Of a DNA stretch of 64,000 bases, positions 37,414 to 47,285 are shown piece by piece. The position numbers and the translations under genes were made by a program. Each line of letters opens with the position of its first letter. The first letter of the stretch is position 1. The DNA is from Escherichia phage JS98. A model generated the notes under the pieces. That model was not told where the DNA came from, did no database searches, and was given only the letters and a program-made list of their open reading frames with translations. The stretch lies in the sequence record NC_010105.1, one strand, 5' to 3'.

Positions 37414-37708
37414 TGATAATTTCCCAAATCTGTTTACGCGTAGTTTCCCACATAACTCTAACGATTTCGTCAGTAGTTGGTTGACGGTAAATACCACGTA
37501 ATTTAATTATAGCATATTTGTAAGCTTCGAAATTGTTTTCGAGAACAGCGCCCTGAGCATGTGTATTAAGACGCTTAATTTCACGGGCATTCTTTTTAAG
37601 AATTTTGGCAGCTTGAGAAGCGGCTTCTTTAGCATTATTCTCTTCTAAACGCTTCTGGGCTTCTTCAATTTGCTCTTCGGTCAATTGAGAAATGTCGGTG
37701 CTTTGCAT
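37397..37708 (-). CDS. hypothetical protein
   Basis: 103-aa ORF, coiled-coil-like. Confidence 0.4.
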   Translation of the reverse strand: MQSTDISQLTEEQIEEAQKRLEENNAKEAASQAAKILKKNAREIKRLNTHAQGAVLENNFEAYKYAIIKLRGIYRQPTTDEIVRVMWETTRKQIWEIINGASK

Positions 37709-37709
37709 A

Positions 37710-37937
37710 TTAATCCTTGTAATTCAGTTTTATATAAAAATCTTCGTCGGTAACGTGATAGTTATAAGTTAATGTTCCTTTTTCAGCTTTAATTTCTACC
37801 GAATCAGGGTGTTTTGGGTCTATTACAATAGGAAGCTTGGCAATATCCTTAAGATACATTTTAAGAACATAAGGAATTGCCGAATACTCTCCATCTACTT
37901 CTTCTAAAAGGCCTACCAGGTTAATCTTGAGTTCCAT
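37710..37937 (-). CDS. hypothetical protein
   Basis: start placed at ATG 37937 ([10 protein letters not shown]). Confidence 0.4.
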   Translation of the reverse strand: MELKINLVGLLEEVDGEYSAIPYVLKMYLKDIAKLPIVIDPKHPDSVEIKAEKGTLTYNYHVTDEDFYIKLNYKD

Positions 37938-38478
37938 ATAAAAAATCCAGCTCACCAACTTTAGATTCAGCGCTCTTATCAGACCCTGGCGCTTTAACTA
38001 AAGAGGTTTCATACTGAGTCATTTTGTCGTAAATATCCTGGATAAAAGTTTCATCTGCGATACCTACCATGTCGTCGTCATTGGCGTCATAAACGTTATG
38101 GACGAAGTAGCTGTATTTCTTTGCCATTTCTTTACGTTCTTTCTTGATACGCTGAACAAAGGCATTAAAACAAGCCATAGTGATATATGCATGTGGGTTG
38201 TCGTATTTTGTTTCGTCGAAGTTATGAAGACCTTTAATAGAGGCTTCGATTCCATCAGCAATCATTTCTTGCTTCCAAGATTGGGTATATCCGGAGAAGT
38301 TGAACCGCTTAGAAAGGCCTTCAGCAATGAGCATAATAGCCAAGCCGATAACGTCGTTCTGACGAACTATTTTATTAGGGTCGGTATTTTCTCGGAGTTC
38401 CGTTTTCCACTGGGTAATGGCTTTCAGAAGCTCCTTATTATTTACATAGTTATTTTTAGTCAGTTTAATTTCGGTCAT
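37921..38478 (-). CDS. 55: late sigma factor gp55
   Basis: 185 aa; NYVNNKELL...[36 protein letters not shown] near-identical to T4 gp55 as recalled. Confidence 0.93.
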   Translation of the reverse strand: MTEIKLTKNNYVNNKELLKAITQWKTELRENTDPNKIVRQNDVIGLAIMLIAEGLSKRFNFSGYTQSWKQEMIADGIEASIKGLHNFDETKYDNPHAYITMACFNAFVQRIKKERKEMAKKYSYFVHNVYDANDDDMVGIADETFIQDIYDKMTQYETSLVKAPGSDKSAESKVGELDFLYGTQD

Positions 38479-38517
38479 TGTTACCTCAGATAACTCAAAT
38501 CATAGGTCTATTATATC

Positions 38518-38544
38518 ATAGTATTTGGAGACCCGTTTAAAGCA
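38518..38544 (-). promoter_or_regulatory. middle (MotA-box) promoter upstream of gene 55
   Basis: minus strand TGCTTTA-N14-TACTAT. Confidence 0.45.
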
Positions 38545-38808
38545 TCAACGGAGTAAGCAATAAGCCTGAAATACTGTTTCAAGGATTTGTATGAACTCGG
38601 GATAAGAAATTGTATCAGTACATCCATGTTCGGACATATATCCGCAAAATTCTTTAAAAAGTTCCGGATAATCCCGATGGTTGTATTTGGAAATATGAGA
38701 CTTCCATACTAAAGAAGTCTCACCACAAACAAACTCAACATCCATACAGTTATCTATTAAGAAAAATCCGAGACCTTCATAAGCGAGGGTGGTGGATATG
38801 GGTTTCAT
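38545..38808 (-). CDS. hypothetical protein
   Basis: 87-aa ORF. Confidence 0.35.
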   Translation of the reverse strand: MKPISTTLAYEGLGFFLIDNCMDVEFVCGETSLVWKSHISKYNHRDYPELFKEFCGYMSEHGCTDTISYPEFIQILETVFQAYCLLR

Positions 38809-39071
38809 TGTAGGAATCGAGCTCCTTCTAATGCATCATCAAGATTATCAAACTCATCGACGTAATCAATACCGCCAACTTCATCTTTAGCGTATAGCCA
38901 GTACCGTTTAAATTCATATTCGATAATAAAGTGGTCACCTTCAATCTGGAGAGCCCCATCACCATTAAATTGGACTGCATAACCTGTAAAGCGGACATCA
39001 TTCAGGAGTTCTTCTTTCATAGCAATCATTTCCAAGTTTTTATCGTAATTAGAGAGTTTTATTTTAATCAT
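38805..39071 (-). CDS. hypothetical protein
   Basis: 88-aa ORF. Confidence 0.35.
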   Translation of the reverse strand: MIKIKLSNYDKNLEMIAMKEELLNDVRFTGYAVQFNGDGALQIEGDHFIIEYEFKRYWLYAKDEVGGIDYVDEFDNLDDALEGARFLQ

Positions 39072-39397
39072 TTCGCAGCCTTAACAATTTTCAGGTCAAC
39101 GAATTTTTTCTTACGCTGGTTCTTCATACGACGGATGGTTTTGTCTGTGATTTCACCTGGGTGCCAAGCTTTAGATTCAACACCGAAGGCAGCAACATCA
39201 AACTCATCAAGAATATATTGAACCAGGATTTCACGAATACCGTTCTTACCAATTTTTTGGTCTTTAGAGTGCATGATTGGTAACAGTTCAGCAACCCATT
39301 GGTCAAGAACCTGAGGAGTTACAAAGCCAGTTTTCATCAGTTCATTAACTTTATCGAAAGCGAAAGAGTTCAGTACGTTTTTAATAGCTTGTGACAT
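39068..39397 (-). CDS. hypothetical protein
   Basis: 109-aa ORF. Confidence 0.4.
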   Translation of the reverse strand: MSQAIKNVLNSFAFDKVNELMKTGFVTPQVLDQWVAELLPIMHSKDQKIGKNGIREILVQYILDEFDVAAFGVESKAWHPGEITDKTIRRMKNQRKKKFVDLKIVKAAK

Positions 39398-39465
39398 AAT
39401 AATTTCCTCAGTTTAAAATTTATAATCCGTGGGACCATTATACTCTGGTCCCAAGAGTTTGTAAA

Positions 39466-39666
39466 CTATTTTTGTGCTAGTGCGCCTTTCCAACCTTCAT
39501 ACATCGCGGCGGCTGATATTAATATTGCTCCTGCGCATTTTGAATATTTGTTATTCCAAAACCAGTTTAGAAAAACTTCGTCATCAATACCTTGAGCTAC
39601 CATATTTTCAAAGAACTGACGACGGGCTTCAGCAATTCGTTGTGATAATTTAGATTCAGGATTCAT
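39466..39666 (-). CDS. hypothetical protein
   Basis: 66-aa ORF. Confidence 0.35.
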   Translation of the reverse strand: MNPESKLSQRIAEARRQFFENMVAQGIDDEVFLNWFWNNKYSKCAGAILISAAAMYEGWKGALAQK

Positions 39667-39891
39667 TTAAATTTTCCAGTTGCCGTTTTCATCAATAAAT
39701 TCAATCCAGTCATTTACTGACCACTTAGTCGTATCGCCTTTTGGAGCAACATTTAAGGTGTATAATCCTTGTTTAAAAAGCATACGTTTGATATTCATAT
39801 TTTCCTCAGCTGTAACGATAGCACTCGTTTGATTTACGTTTTGCAACTCGATGAGAAGTATTGTAATCAGGTTCATCGTCGTTGTAAACAT
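39667..39891 (-). CDS. hypothetical protein
   Basis: 74-aa ORF. Confidence 0.35.
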   Translation of the reverse strand: MFTTTMNLITILLIELQNVNQTSAIVTAEENMNIKRMLFKQGLYTLNVAPKGDTTKWSVNDWIEFIDENGNWKI

Positions 39892-40099
39892 CTTTTTTCA
39901 GCTTTCTCACTTCTTTACGAAGTTGGCGATTCATTTCATTCTTAACTTCAGAATCAACGCCACGCATACGTTTCCACTTGTCAGAACGGAAGATATTTTC
40001 TTCAACTCGTTCCTGACTTACGCCGTCTGGTGCTTTACGACGTCCGGAATAATAAAAATCTTTTACAGACAATTCTTTACGACGGATAGTTTTACCCAT
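39806..40099 (-). CDS. hypothetical basic protein
   Basis: 97-aa ORF; start uncertain. Confidence 0.3.
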   Translation of the reverse strand: MGKTIRRKELSVKDFYYSGRRKAPDGVSQERVEENIFRSDKWKRMRGVDSEVKNEMNRQLRKEVRKLKKDVYNDDEPDYNTSHRVAKRKSNECYRYS

Positions 40100-40101
40100 A
40101 G

Positions 40102-40356
40102 TTACCTCAACAGTTTGTATCCAATAAGGTTTTTAATGTACTGGATGTCTTTGATATCCAAATCCAACTTAAGGTCTTTCAGACGGTCGGCCAGGGTCAA
40201 AAAGGTTACATGCTTCCAATTCTTCACTGGGCAGCAATAAGTCTTAGGACCATTTGCAATTTCAATATTCTTATCAGTGACGGTGAGAAAAATTAGGCGC
40301 TCATCATCCAGATTAAGGGTGACGACATTTTTCATTGAATGCAATTTCAGGCTCAT
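40102..40356 (-). CDS. hypothetical protein
   Basis: 84 aa; ATGA overlap with upstream small ORF. Confidence 0.4.
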   Translation of the reverse strand: MSLKLHSMKNVVTLNLDDERLIFLTVTDKNIEIANGPKTYCCPVKNWKHVTFLTLADRLKDLKLDLDIKDIQYIKNLIGYKLLR

Positions 40357-40529
40357 AATTTAATTTCCTTAGCTATCGAACAAAACACACCGCGGTCACA
40401 AATCATTTTAATATTAAGGTCAATTATGGTATACCACACGTCCAGGCTAGATATTTCAGTTACTAGAACAGCTTTGCCGTTGATTGAATAATACTGGTTG
40501 ACTTTAATTTCTTTATCTTGGATAGTCAT
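40353..40529 (-). CDS. hypothetical small protein
   Basis: 58-aa ORF not in track; SD GAGGAGA; downstream of early promoter. Confidence 0.4.
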   Translation of the reverse strand: MTIQDKEIKVNQYYSINGKAVLVTEISSLDVWYTIIDLNIKMICDRGVFCSIAKEIKL

Positions 40530-40558
40530 AATGTTCTCCTCATGTGTTGATAGGATAG

Positions 40559-40587
40559 ACTATAACACGTGAGGAGAGGAAGTAAAC
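40559..40587 (-). promoter_or_regulatory. early promoter (GTTTAC-N17-TATAGT)
   Basis: gtaaac 40582-40587. Confidence 0.55.
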
Positions 40588-40588
40588 A

Positions 40589-40906
40589 CTAATCTTCAAT
40601 TAAATCTCGGTCATAGCCAAGTTCAATCAAAAGGGATTTGAAGGCAGGAATATTTTCTATTTTCTTATTATCAACAAAGATTACAGGATAGCGTATAGCT
40701 AAGCTCTTGAAGCCAGCACGTTTGGCCAATGATACTATAAGAGGCTTATCATATACTGCGCCTGACGGCGTCTGGTTAATTACAGGATAGAAAGTATATT
40801 GGATAGAAAGGGAATTTAGGAGCGATAGAACTGCAATGCACCCTGGACAGCGCATGACCGTCTCAGGGATACCGTAAATCTCAATTTTAGTTAACTTTTG
40901 GTCCAC
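40589..40906 (-). CDS. glutaredoxin/NrdH-like thiol-disulfide protein
   Basis: CPGC active-site motif after beta-strand KIEIYG; proposed GTG start 40906 with SD AGGAG; ATG 40954 is alternative. Confidence 0.5.
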   Translation of the reverse strand: MDQKLTKIEIYGIPETVMRCPGCIAVLSLLNSLSIQYTFYPVINQTPSGAVYDKPLIVSLAKRAGFKSLAIRYPVIFVDNKKIENIPAFKSLLIELGYDRDLIED

Positions 40907-41183
40907 AGGAAATAACTCCTTGGTAGTCCCAAGTTTTGATAACTTCGTCTTCATTAGTTCCATACGGGATGTAAATCTGGATAAGGAACCCAGTATCATC
41001 AAAAGAGAAGTAGACGGTAGGTTTAATACCGTGAATCTCTGAAAGAGCATAGATGTCCTTGAGGTCATCTTCCTTACCGATAAAGAATTCTGGGTTCAGG
41101 TCACAGTCATGGAAGTACCATTCTTGGCCAAACTTGTCCCAAGCCGCCCAATCAGTAGCTACATACTCTTCAAAACGTTTCAT
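40887..41183 (-). CDS. hypothetical protein
   Basis: 98-aa ORF. Confidence 0.4.
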   Translation of the reverse strand: MKRFEEYVATDWAAWDKFGQEWYFHDCDLNPEFFIGKEDDLKDIYALSEIHGIKPTVYFSFDDTGFLIQIYIPYGTNEDEVIKTWDYQGVISCGPKVN

Positions 41184-41407
41184 TCTTTCACCTTCATCAT
41201 TTTAGAAATAACACTATGAACAGACTGGATTCGTTTTTCGAACTCAGACTCTTCAAGACCCTTTTCAGTACTCAGCGCACCAATCATCACAAACAGCAAT
41301 CCAAATGGGATAACCAGGATTAAAAGGCACACAATAAACAGGACAAATGTAATATTGGCCAGGATATCAGAAGCAGCATTACGAAATTTATTCATACGAT
41401 AGTCCAT
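41180..41407 (-). CDS. hypothetical membrane protein
   Basis: 75 aa with one TM segment. Confidence 0.4.
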   Translation of the reverse strand: MDYRMNKFRNAASDILANITFVLFIVCLLILVIPFGLLFVMIGALSTEKGLEESEFEKRIQSVHSVISKMMKVKE

Positions 41408-41501
41408 GTATTAGTTACAACAAATAACCATTGAGCAGGATACTCAACACCCATGCGCCGGATAATATCATTCATAGATTCGGTTAAGGCGTAAAAATTA
41501 A

Positions 41502-41975
41502 TCATTTAAGCGATTTCCTCAGTTGTTTTTTAAATGAATCAACCATTTGTTTCTTTGTGTCAGATTCATTATAAGTCATTCCATGTGAAAGCATTTCAGC
41601 AATCATTTCTTCCTTACCTAATCTACTGAACTCTTTGGTTTTATCAGGAACGAAATTAGGATGGATATTGTTTTCAGTGTAATCAGATTTCAGATAGACC
41701 AGCAAATTCTCTAACCATTCGAGGTAGTCAACGTTTTGACCTTTAAGACCAGAACGGTTGAACTTATGCTTCATTTGTCCTTCTGCAGCATTGCACAGGT
41801 TACATAGTAAACCACGAACCTTACCAGCTTTTGGCCCGCTCAATTCATGGTCGTGGTCAAGGTGGTTACTTTGAACATCAGGGTTTAATTCACGTTTACA
41901 AATCAAACACTTACCACATTGTGCATCATAAAGTTTTTGTTTTTCTTCTTTGTATAATTTGCCGGTCAACAACAT
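41502..41975 (-). CDS. 49: endonuclease VII (Holliday junction resolvase) gp49
   Basis: 157 aa; MLLTGKLYKEEKQKLYDAQCGKCLICKRELNPDVQSNHLDHDHEL near-identical to T4 gp49 as recalled. Confidence 0.93.
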   Translation of the reverse strand: MLLTGKLYKEEKQKLYDAQCGKCLICKRELNPDVQSNHLDHDHELSGPKAGKVRGLLCNLCNAAEGQMKHKFNRSGLKGQNVDYLEWLENLLVYLKSDYTENNIHPNFVPDKTKEFSRLGKEEMIAEMLSHGMTYNESDTKKQMVDSFKKQLRKSLK

Positions 41976-42010
41976 AATAAACCCTTACCATTATTAGATA
42001 AGGGTATTTA

Positions 42011-42196
42011 TTATTTTTCAAATGTGCTATAGAACGAACGGTGCAACCGTTTAAATTGACGAATCATCTTTTTGGTAGGACGAGTATACAATCCCACACA
42101 GGTGGCCATAAACTGGTCAGTAGGGCTTCCTTTGATAAGAAGTTTCCAGACCTTGTCACCGTTTAACTTTTCGGTATAGACTAATGCAGTTTTCAT
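42011..42196 (-). CDS. small basic protein, PTKRQIR-motif family
   Basis: 61 aa; RPTKKMIRQFKRLHR. Confidence 0.4.
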   Translation of the reverse strand: MKTALVYTEKLNGDKVWKLLIKGSPTDQFMATCVGLYTRPTKKMIRQFKRLHRSFYSTFEK

Positions 42197-42495
42197 GCGA
42201 CCTCAAATTCATTATCATCGTTAGTCCAAAAACACCAGAATGAAGCTTTAGTATCTTCAAACATTTCTTTAGTGTATTCGTATACCTTACCATTGAATTC
42301 GATAGCAGTTACGCCAATGATTTCAGGATTGCCCCATGGAGAAATCTCCACCTTCAAGATTTTAACTTCAGCACCTTCACAGAGCTCGCCTGACTCAAAA
42401 CCGCGATTGCCGTTTAATTCAGGCCAGTCAACATAATGGTCGACATCTTCTTCAGTAATACGAACAGTTTTACCTTCAAATTCAAATAAATTCAT
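42193..42495 (-). CDS. hypothetical protein
   Basis: 100-aa ORF. Confidence 0.4.
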   Translation of the reverse strand: MNLFEFEGKTVRITEEDVDHYVDWPELNGNRGFESGELCEGAEVKILKVEISPWGNPEIIGVTAIEFNGKVYEYTKEMFEDTKASFWCFWTNDDNEFEVA

Positions 42496-42784
42496 CAGAA
42501 GGCCTCATCAGAAAAGCGGAGTTGAGCTTCAAGCCAATGGATATAATCGGCTGCGGCTTTAATTAAATCAGACTCTAGGTCAGGTAAAGAACCCGAATCC
42601 GATAACTCGTAAAGCGAATGTTCAATCAGACGGCCTTTATGACGGCCAATTTCAATTTTGGTACTCATATCCAAACTCCATATCGATTAAATCATTGTTT
42701 GAAGGTTCATTATACTCTATTTCGGAATCGTTGTAAACCGGTTCCTCTGGCTCGGTAGTTTCCCACCGAGCGACATACCATGGC

Positions 42785-43093
42785 TTAATGGTCACGCCAC
42801 CAACTACTTACTTCAAAATCAGGCTCGCCGTCTTCCCAATACCAAGGGCCGATTGGATGCCAATCACCATGCTCATCTTCTTCAAATTCTTCGGATTCGA
42901 GCCCAACGTATTGCCATTGGACTTCATAAGCAATGTCACCGATTACAACGGTGTTCTCGCCATACGGATTAGCCACAACAAAGTCTATACCTTCTGCTTT
43001 AGCCAGCCAAACCATATATTCGTATAGTTTATATTCTAGGTCATCTTCGGTGCCATCACCTAGAAAAATGGTTTGTTCGTTTAATTCAATCAT
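42785..43093 (-). CDS. hypothetical acidic protein
   Basis: 102-aa ORF. Confidence 0.4.
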   Translation of the reverse strand: MIELNEQTIFLGDGTEDDLEYKLYEYMVWLAKAEGIDFVVANPYGENTVVIGDIAYEVQWQYVGLESEEFEEDEHGDWHPIGPWYWEDGEPDFEVSSWWRDH

Positions 43094-43347
43094 AATTCCA
43101 CCATAAATTCAAATAGCTGGTCACGTACACAAGTATCAGTCCAACCCCATTCAGTGGCTTCTTCTTTTAACCAATCCGGGAGATTTACCAATACGGTTTC
43201 TTTACTAGGCGCGGGAGTATCAAACTCACTTGCAAACTCTCTTGCGCAGGTTTTATAGGCCATATCAAATTCGGTCATTTGAAGTTCCAGAATGAAGCAC
43301 CAACCAGAAATAAAGGCCAACAAATCATAGACGTCAGCCACCAACAA
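43090..43347 (-). CDS. hypothetical protein
   Basis: 85-aa ORF. Confidence 0.4.
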   Translation of the reverse strand: MLVADVYDLLAFISGWCFILELQMTEFDMAYKTCAREFASEFDTPAPSKETVLVNLPDWLKEEATEWGWTDTCVRDQLFEFMVEL

Positions 43348-43432
43348 AAGTCACCGGAATCATCTAATTTAGCTAGGGTCTTAGCATAACCAATACCGAT
43401 GATAAGATACAAAACACCCAACGATAATTCAA

Positions 43433-43696
43433 TCATTTGAAATATGCTCGCAGTTGGTCAAAGCCACCAATAGAAGTTCCGTCTGGAGCAAATACCTGAG
43501 GCATGGTCAAACCTACTTGAGATTCACGTCCAAGAGCAGCCAGGAGTTCAGCAATCTTCTCATCATCAAATACGCCTTTTTCCGGCATCACGTTAATGAA
43601 TTCGTAAGGTTGTTTCTTAACATCAAGCAGACGTTTGGCATTATCACAGAAAACACAACGGTGAATATTTGAATCGTAACCATAAACTTTAAACAT
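43433..43696 (-). CDS. nrdC: thioredoxin (glutaredoxin-like) NrdC
   Basis: 87 aa; MFKVYGYDSNIHRCVFCDNAKRLL near-identical to T4 thioredoxin as recalled. Confidence 0.92.
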   Translation of the reverse strand: MFKVYGYDSNIHRCVFCDNAKRLLDVKKQPYEFINVMPEKGVFDDEKIAELLAALGRESQVGLTMPQVFAPDGTSIGGFDQLRAYFK

Positions 43697-43697
43697 T

Positions 43698-43940
43698 TTA
43701 AATTCCTAATACTTGTTTGAATGCTTCAGAACGGTCAAGTTCTGTTCCATATTTTTCTAGGTGTTCGTATTTTAAATCATACACATCAGATAGTATATTA
43801 TTATACGAACGAGTTAAAGCAGATTTCAATACTGAATAACTGTCCGGGAATTTACCATGCTCTTTATAATAAGCCAGAGTAAGTTCGCGGACTGCCTTAT
43901 CGGCAGCCTCTACATATTCTTTACGCTTTGCCATTTTCAT
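43698..43940 (-). CDS. hypothetical protein
   Basis: start placed at internal ATG 43940 (MKMAKRKEY). Confidence 0.35.
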   Translation of the reverse strand: MKMAKRKEYVEAADKAVRELTLAYYKEHGKFPDSYSVLKSALTRSYNNILSDVYDLKYEHLEKYGTELDRSEAFKQVLGI

Positions 43941-44142
43941 CTCGCTCAAATCGGTGTTTACAATGACGGCATTTATACTGAAGCGGATTATGACGCCATT
44001 GAACCAACTGGACCTGTTCAGTTCCACATTCAGGACAGTTTGGAACATTCTTAGAAGCTTTTTCACGACGTTCGACAATTTTAATAACAGCATTCCAATC
44101 AGGAATAGTTTGGTCAATATCGTCAGCTAATTGGTATTTCAT
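43921..44142 (-). CDS. zinc-ribbon protein
   Basis: 73 aa; CPECG...CRHCKH. Confidence 0.45.
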   Translation of the reverse strand: MKYQLADDIDQTIPDWNAVIKIVERREKASKNVPNCPECGTEQVQLVQWRHNPLQYKCRHCKHRFERDENGKA

Positions 44143-45146
44143 TTCAACAGCTCCAGGGCTTGTTCCAGTTTATCCAGACGATTGGTAGACTCTTCCCAAA
44201 GTTTCTTGGCAGCAGTATATTGTCCGGTCAGTTTTTTGTTAATAGCCAAGGCATCTTTATACGCTTTTTCTAAGGCAACGATTTCCGGTAACTTGGATTT
44301 AGTAATTGGTGTATGGGCCATGATAGGGCTGTTCAAGTCGTTAATCAAGTCTTCTAATGTAGCAGGCTCTTTATCAGTGTTCACAATTTCCTCACATTTT
44401 TCTTGGTAAATTTCAGCATCGGTTTTTGGAACAGGGCATTTGATTTCGCGAACTGTTACTAAAACTTCATATCCTTTCCAGCCTAAGTGGTGGTTGATTT
44501 CTTGAATCTCATATTTCTCTACTGTATCCATCAAAGCTAAAGCTTGTTCTACAATATTCAGGGTATTGTAGGAAATATCTTGGTATTTCGAAACTTCAAC
44601 TTCTTTAGGTTTCCAACTAGGCGACCAAATAATAGAAATAAGTACCTTCCCTTTATAGTTGTTTGTTTTAATCATGCCATCAGCCATAGGGTGGATAGTA
44701 CGACAATCACCCTTTACAAAGGTTTTGGTTGCTGCTTTTAGAATTAATGCGGAGTTAGCCTTAAATTCACCGGCCCAACGTAAAGGAAATAAGCCCTTAG
44801 GGTCGGTACCTTTCATTTTGATATAGCTTTTTAAAACATCACCAAACCATTGGTAGCTAACAACGTGGCTGGAACCTGGGTGTTTCTCTCTGCCAAACTC
44901 TGAAAGGATATCCTTATTAACCAGCCGCGAAAGCAGTCGAGAACCTTTAAATGTATCTATGATATCAGGGATAAACAAACGCCCTGCAATCTTTTCGATT
45001 TCATCTTTGAAACAACCGGATAAGGCTTTATCAATTTGGTCTACCCATTTATTGATATTGGAAACTATCACCTCATATGGGGTTAATGGAGGGGTATTGT
45101 CAGTGATATACTTAGTAAAGGCATTGATGTATTCAGTACGGGTCAT
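44139..45146 (-). CDS. hypothetical protein with C-terminal coiled coil
   Basis: start re-placed to ATG 45146 (MTRTEYINAF) with SD GAGGAGA. Confidence 0.5.
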   Translation of the reverse strand: MTRTEYINAFTKYITDNTPPLTPYEVIVSNINKWVDQIDKALSGCFKDEIEKIAGRLFIPDIIDTFKGSRLLSRLVNKDILSEFGREKHPGSSHVVSYQWFGDVLKSYIKMKGTDPKGLFPLRWAGEFKANSALILKAATKTFVKGDCRTIHPMADGMIKTNNYKGKVLISIIWSPSWKPKEVEVSKYQDISYNTLNIVEQALALMDTVEKYEIQEINHHLGWKGYEVLVTVREIKCPVPKTDAEIYQEKCEEIVNTDKEPATLEDLINDLNSPIMAHTPITKSKLPEIVALEKAYKDALAINKKLTGQYTAAKKLWEESTNRLDKLEQALELLK

Positions 45147-45174
45147 GATATTCTCCTCAGTAGTTGATAAAAGG

Positions 45175-45204
45175 ATTATACTCCATCCGTCCTTGGATGT
45201 AAAC
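45175..45204 (-). promoter_or_regulatory. early promoter
   Basis: GTTTAC-N18-TATAAT. Confidence 0.5.
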
Positions 45205-45205
45205 A

Positions 45206-46099
45206 CTATTTTAGAGCTAATAGTGCCGCGCTGAGCTTGTCACGCTGGTTTTCCATATTCTTGATGCGAATCAATACGTCTTGAATGCTCTTTTTCTCAT
45301 CTTCAATCTGACCATTTAAACGGTGGATTGATTCCTGAATGCTATCTGCATAATAGGTCTCAATAGGTTTCATCGTAGGGTTAGTAACAACCAAAGAATT
45401 ATCAGGTTTAATTTTCCAATGATATGGTTTGGAATTGAATGGACTAGGCACAGCAGTGGTTTTGAATTTATCATAGGCTGCATACTGGCCTACGCTGTCA
45501 CATGATACTGCAGAGATACGACGTTCCATTTGTGGGTCCTTTTGTTGGGATTGATAAGGGGCATAAGACAAAAGATATTCACGAGTTAGTTTAACATTAA
45601 AATACACTGCATCGGCTCGCCCAGAACAATCAGCGTATTCATCGGTTGTAACTTTATATGATTCTACGGCCTTAATACGAGTCATTGCTTCTCTGAATAA
45701 GGTTTCGAATGCTTCACGAAGGGCCTTATTACCTTTTGAGGTAGGACGGAAACGAACTTGAATACCGTCAGCCAGAATATTAATGACTAGGTTACGAGCC
45801 GTAAAATTAATACTTTTGATATTAACAGGAACCGTAGAAATACGCCCTGCAGTGGCCAAGAGGTCTTTGATATTAGCCCGCAATGTTGCACCAAACAGGT
45901 GGGCTGGGCAACGGCAATAATCGTTCAAAGAACCGATATAAGTTCCTTTACGGCCTACACCATAAGTATAATTACCATTACAAATATGACCAAAGTCAGC
46001 TAGCCGATCGATAGCGATACGACGAGTCGTGTCATGGTCGTATATAGAGTATTCTTTACGTGTTTTAATGTTCATATTAAAGTCCAAATAATTTTTCAT
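45206..46099 (-). CDS. hypothetical protein with C-terminal coiled coil
   Basis: 297-aa ORF. Confidence 0.5.
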   Translation of the reverse strand: MKNYLDFNMNIKTRKEYSIYDHDTTRRIAIDRLADFGHICNGNYTYGVGRKGTYIGSLNDYCRCPAHLFGATLRANIKDLLATAGRISTVPVNIKSINFTARNLVINILADGIQVRFRPTSKGNKALREAFETLFREAMTRIKAVESYKVTTDEYADCSGRADAVYFNVKLTREYLLSYAPYQSQQKDPQMERRISAVSCDSVGQYAAYDKFKTTAVPSPFNSKPYHWKIKPDNSLVVTNPTMKPIETYYADSIQESIHRLNGQIEDEKKSIQDVLIRIKNMENQRDKLSAALLALK

Positions 46100-46292
46100 A
46101 GAATTTAGCGAAAGGCCATGCGATACACATTATAATGCCCACTATCCAAAACATAGGCCATACTAGTGTAATGAATACTGCATCATAGCTTGATTCAATT
46201 TCGATTGGATTCCAATCACCTGATTTATGAATGATAAAGGTCGTCATAAATCCTAGCACAAAGTAAAGGAGAATAAAACCTAAGATTTCCAT
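46077..46292 (-). CDS. hypothetical membrane protein
   Basis: 71 aa, two TM segments. Confidence 0.4.
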   Translation of the reverse strand: MEILGFILLYFVLGFMTTFIIHKSGDWNPIEIESSYDAVFITLVWPMFWIVGIIMCIAWPFAKFYEKLFGL

Positions 46293-46376
46293 ATTAACCT
46301 ATAATGTTTGAGAAAATTAGCCACAGAACACCCGTGGCTACGATTACATATCCAAGAACGGCGAGCCATTCCATAA

Positions 46377-47222
46377 TTAATCCTTAAGAAGATTTAGGAT
46401 ATCGATATATTTCTGGCGTTCAGCCTTAGCTTTGGCATTTAGACCAGAGAGTCGGAAAATCTCATCATCTTGTTGTTGGATTGTAACATTCAAGCAAGTA
46501 AGCAAATTGCTAAAATACTCAATTTGGGCTTGATGTTTCTCATTGCTGCGCACTGGTGCAGGTTCCATTTTAGGAGCTTGTTCTGAATGCTCTTCAGCCA
46601 GGTCTTTAATTTTATAAAGTTTAATACGCTGACCTACTCCAGTTTCAGCATCACCAAAACTAAGAACACCGTGCTGTTCTAATTCAGACAGGGCCAAGCG
46701 CAGATGGAACTTCCAGTTGTCGTATTGACACCCACTGTAATGGGAAATAGTATACTCGTTTTCATTTCTTGGATGATTAACAATATTAAAGATAATCCAA
46801 TCACCTGAACCGTTAGTCTTAAAGGTCATTTGTTTATCTTGACCTTTTGCAAGGCGAGCACCAAGGGCCAGTAGACGACGTTGATTAGTATTAAGGTCTT
46901 TAACAACTTCATCAAATGTCATCGCCGGGATTAAACGACCATAAAGGTCGTAGCCTTTGTTATAATTTTTAAGAATAATTTTGGCATTAGCACGAGACAA
47001 CATACCTGTTTTACGAAGAGTTTTCATGACTCGGTCTTCTAAGGTAAACGAACCTTTAGTCTTGTCAAAGATTTTAATGAAGTCATCTTTAACAGTACAA
47101 ACATTGAACTTGTCCCACATCATATATAGGACCTTTTCAACTACTTCTTTAGAACTAGGAATACGACCAAATTTAACAACTTTTTTAACTTCAGAACGAA
47201 TTTGATTAATTGCTTGTGACAT
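46377..47222 (-). CDS. hypothetical protein with C-terminal coiled coil
   Basis: 281-aa ORF. Confidence 0.5.
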   Translation of the reverse strand: MSQAINQIRSEVKKVVKFGRIPSSKEVVEKVLYMMWDKFNVCTVKDDFIKIFDKTKGSFTLEDRVMKTLRKTGMLSRANAKIILKNYNKGYDLYGRLIPAMTFDEVVKDLNTNQRRLLALGARLAKGQDKQMTFKTNGSGDWIIFNIVNHPRNENEYTISHYSGCQYDNWKFHLRLALSELEQHGVLSFGDAETGVGQRIKLYKIKDLAEEHSEQAPKMEPAPVRSNEKHQAQIEYFSNLLTCLNVTIQQQDDEIFRLSGLNAKAKAERQKYIDILNLLKD

Positions 47223-47285
47223 AATAATTTCCTCAGTAAGTAATTAAGAACCTAGAACCATTATACCATCCTTGGTATAAAGCGT

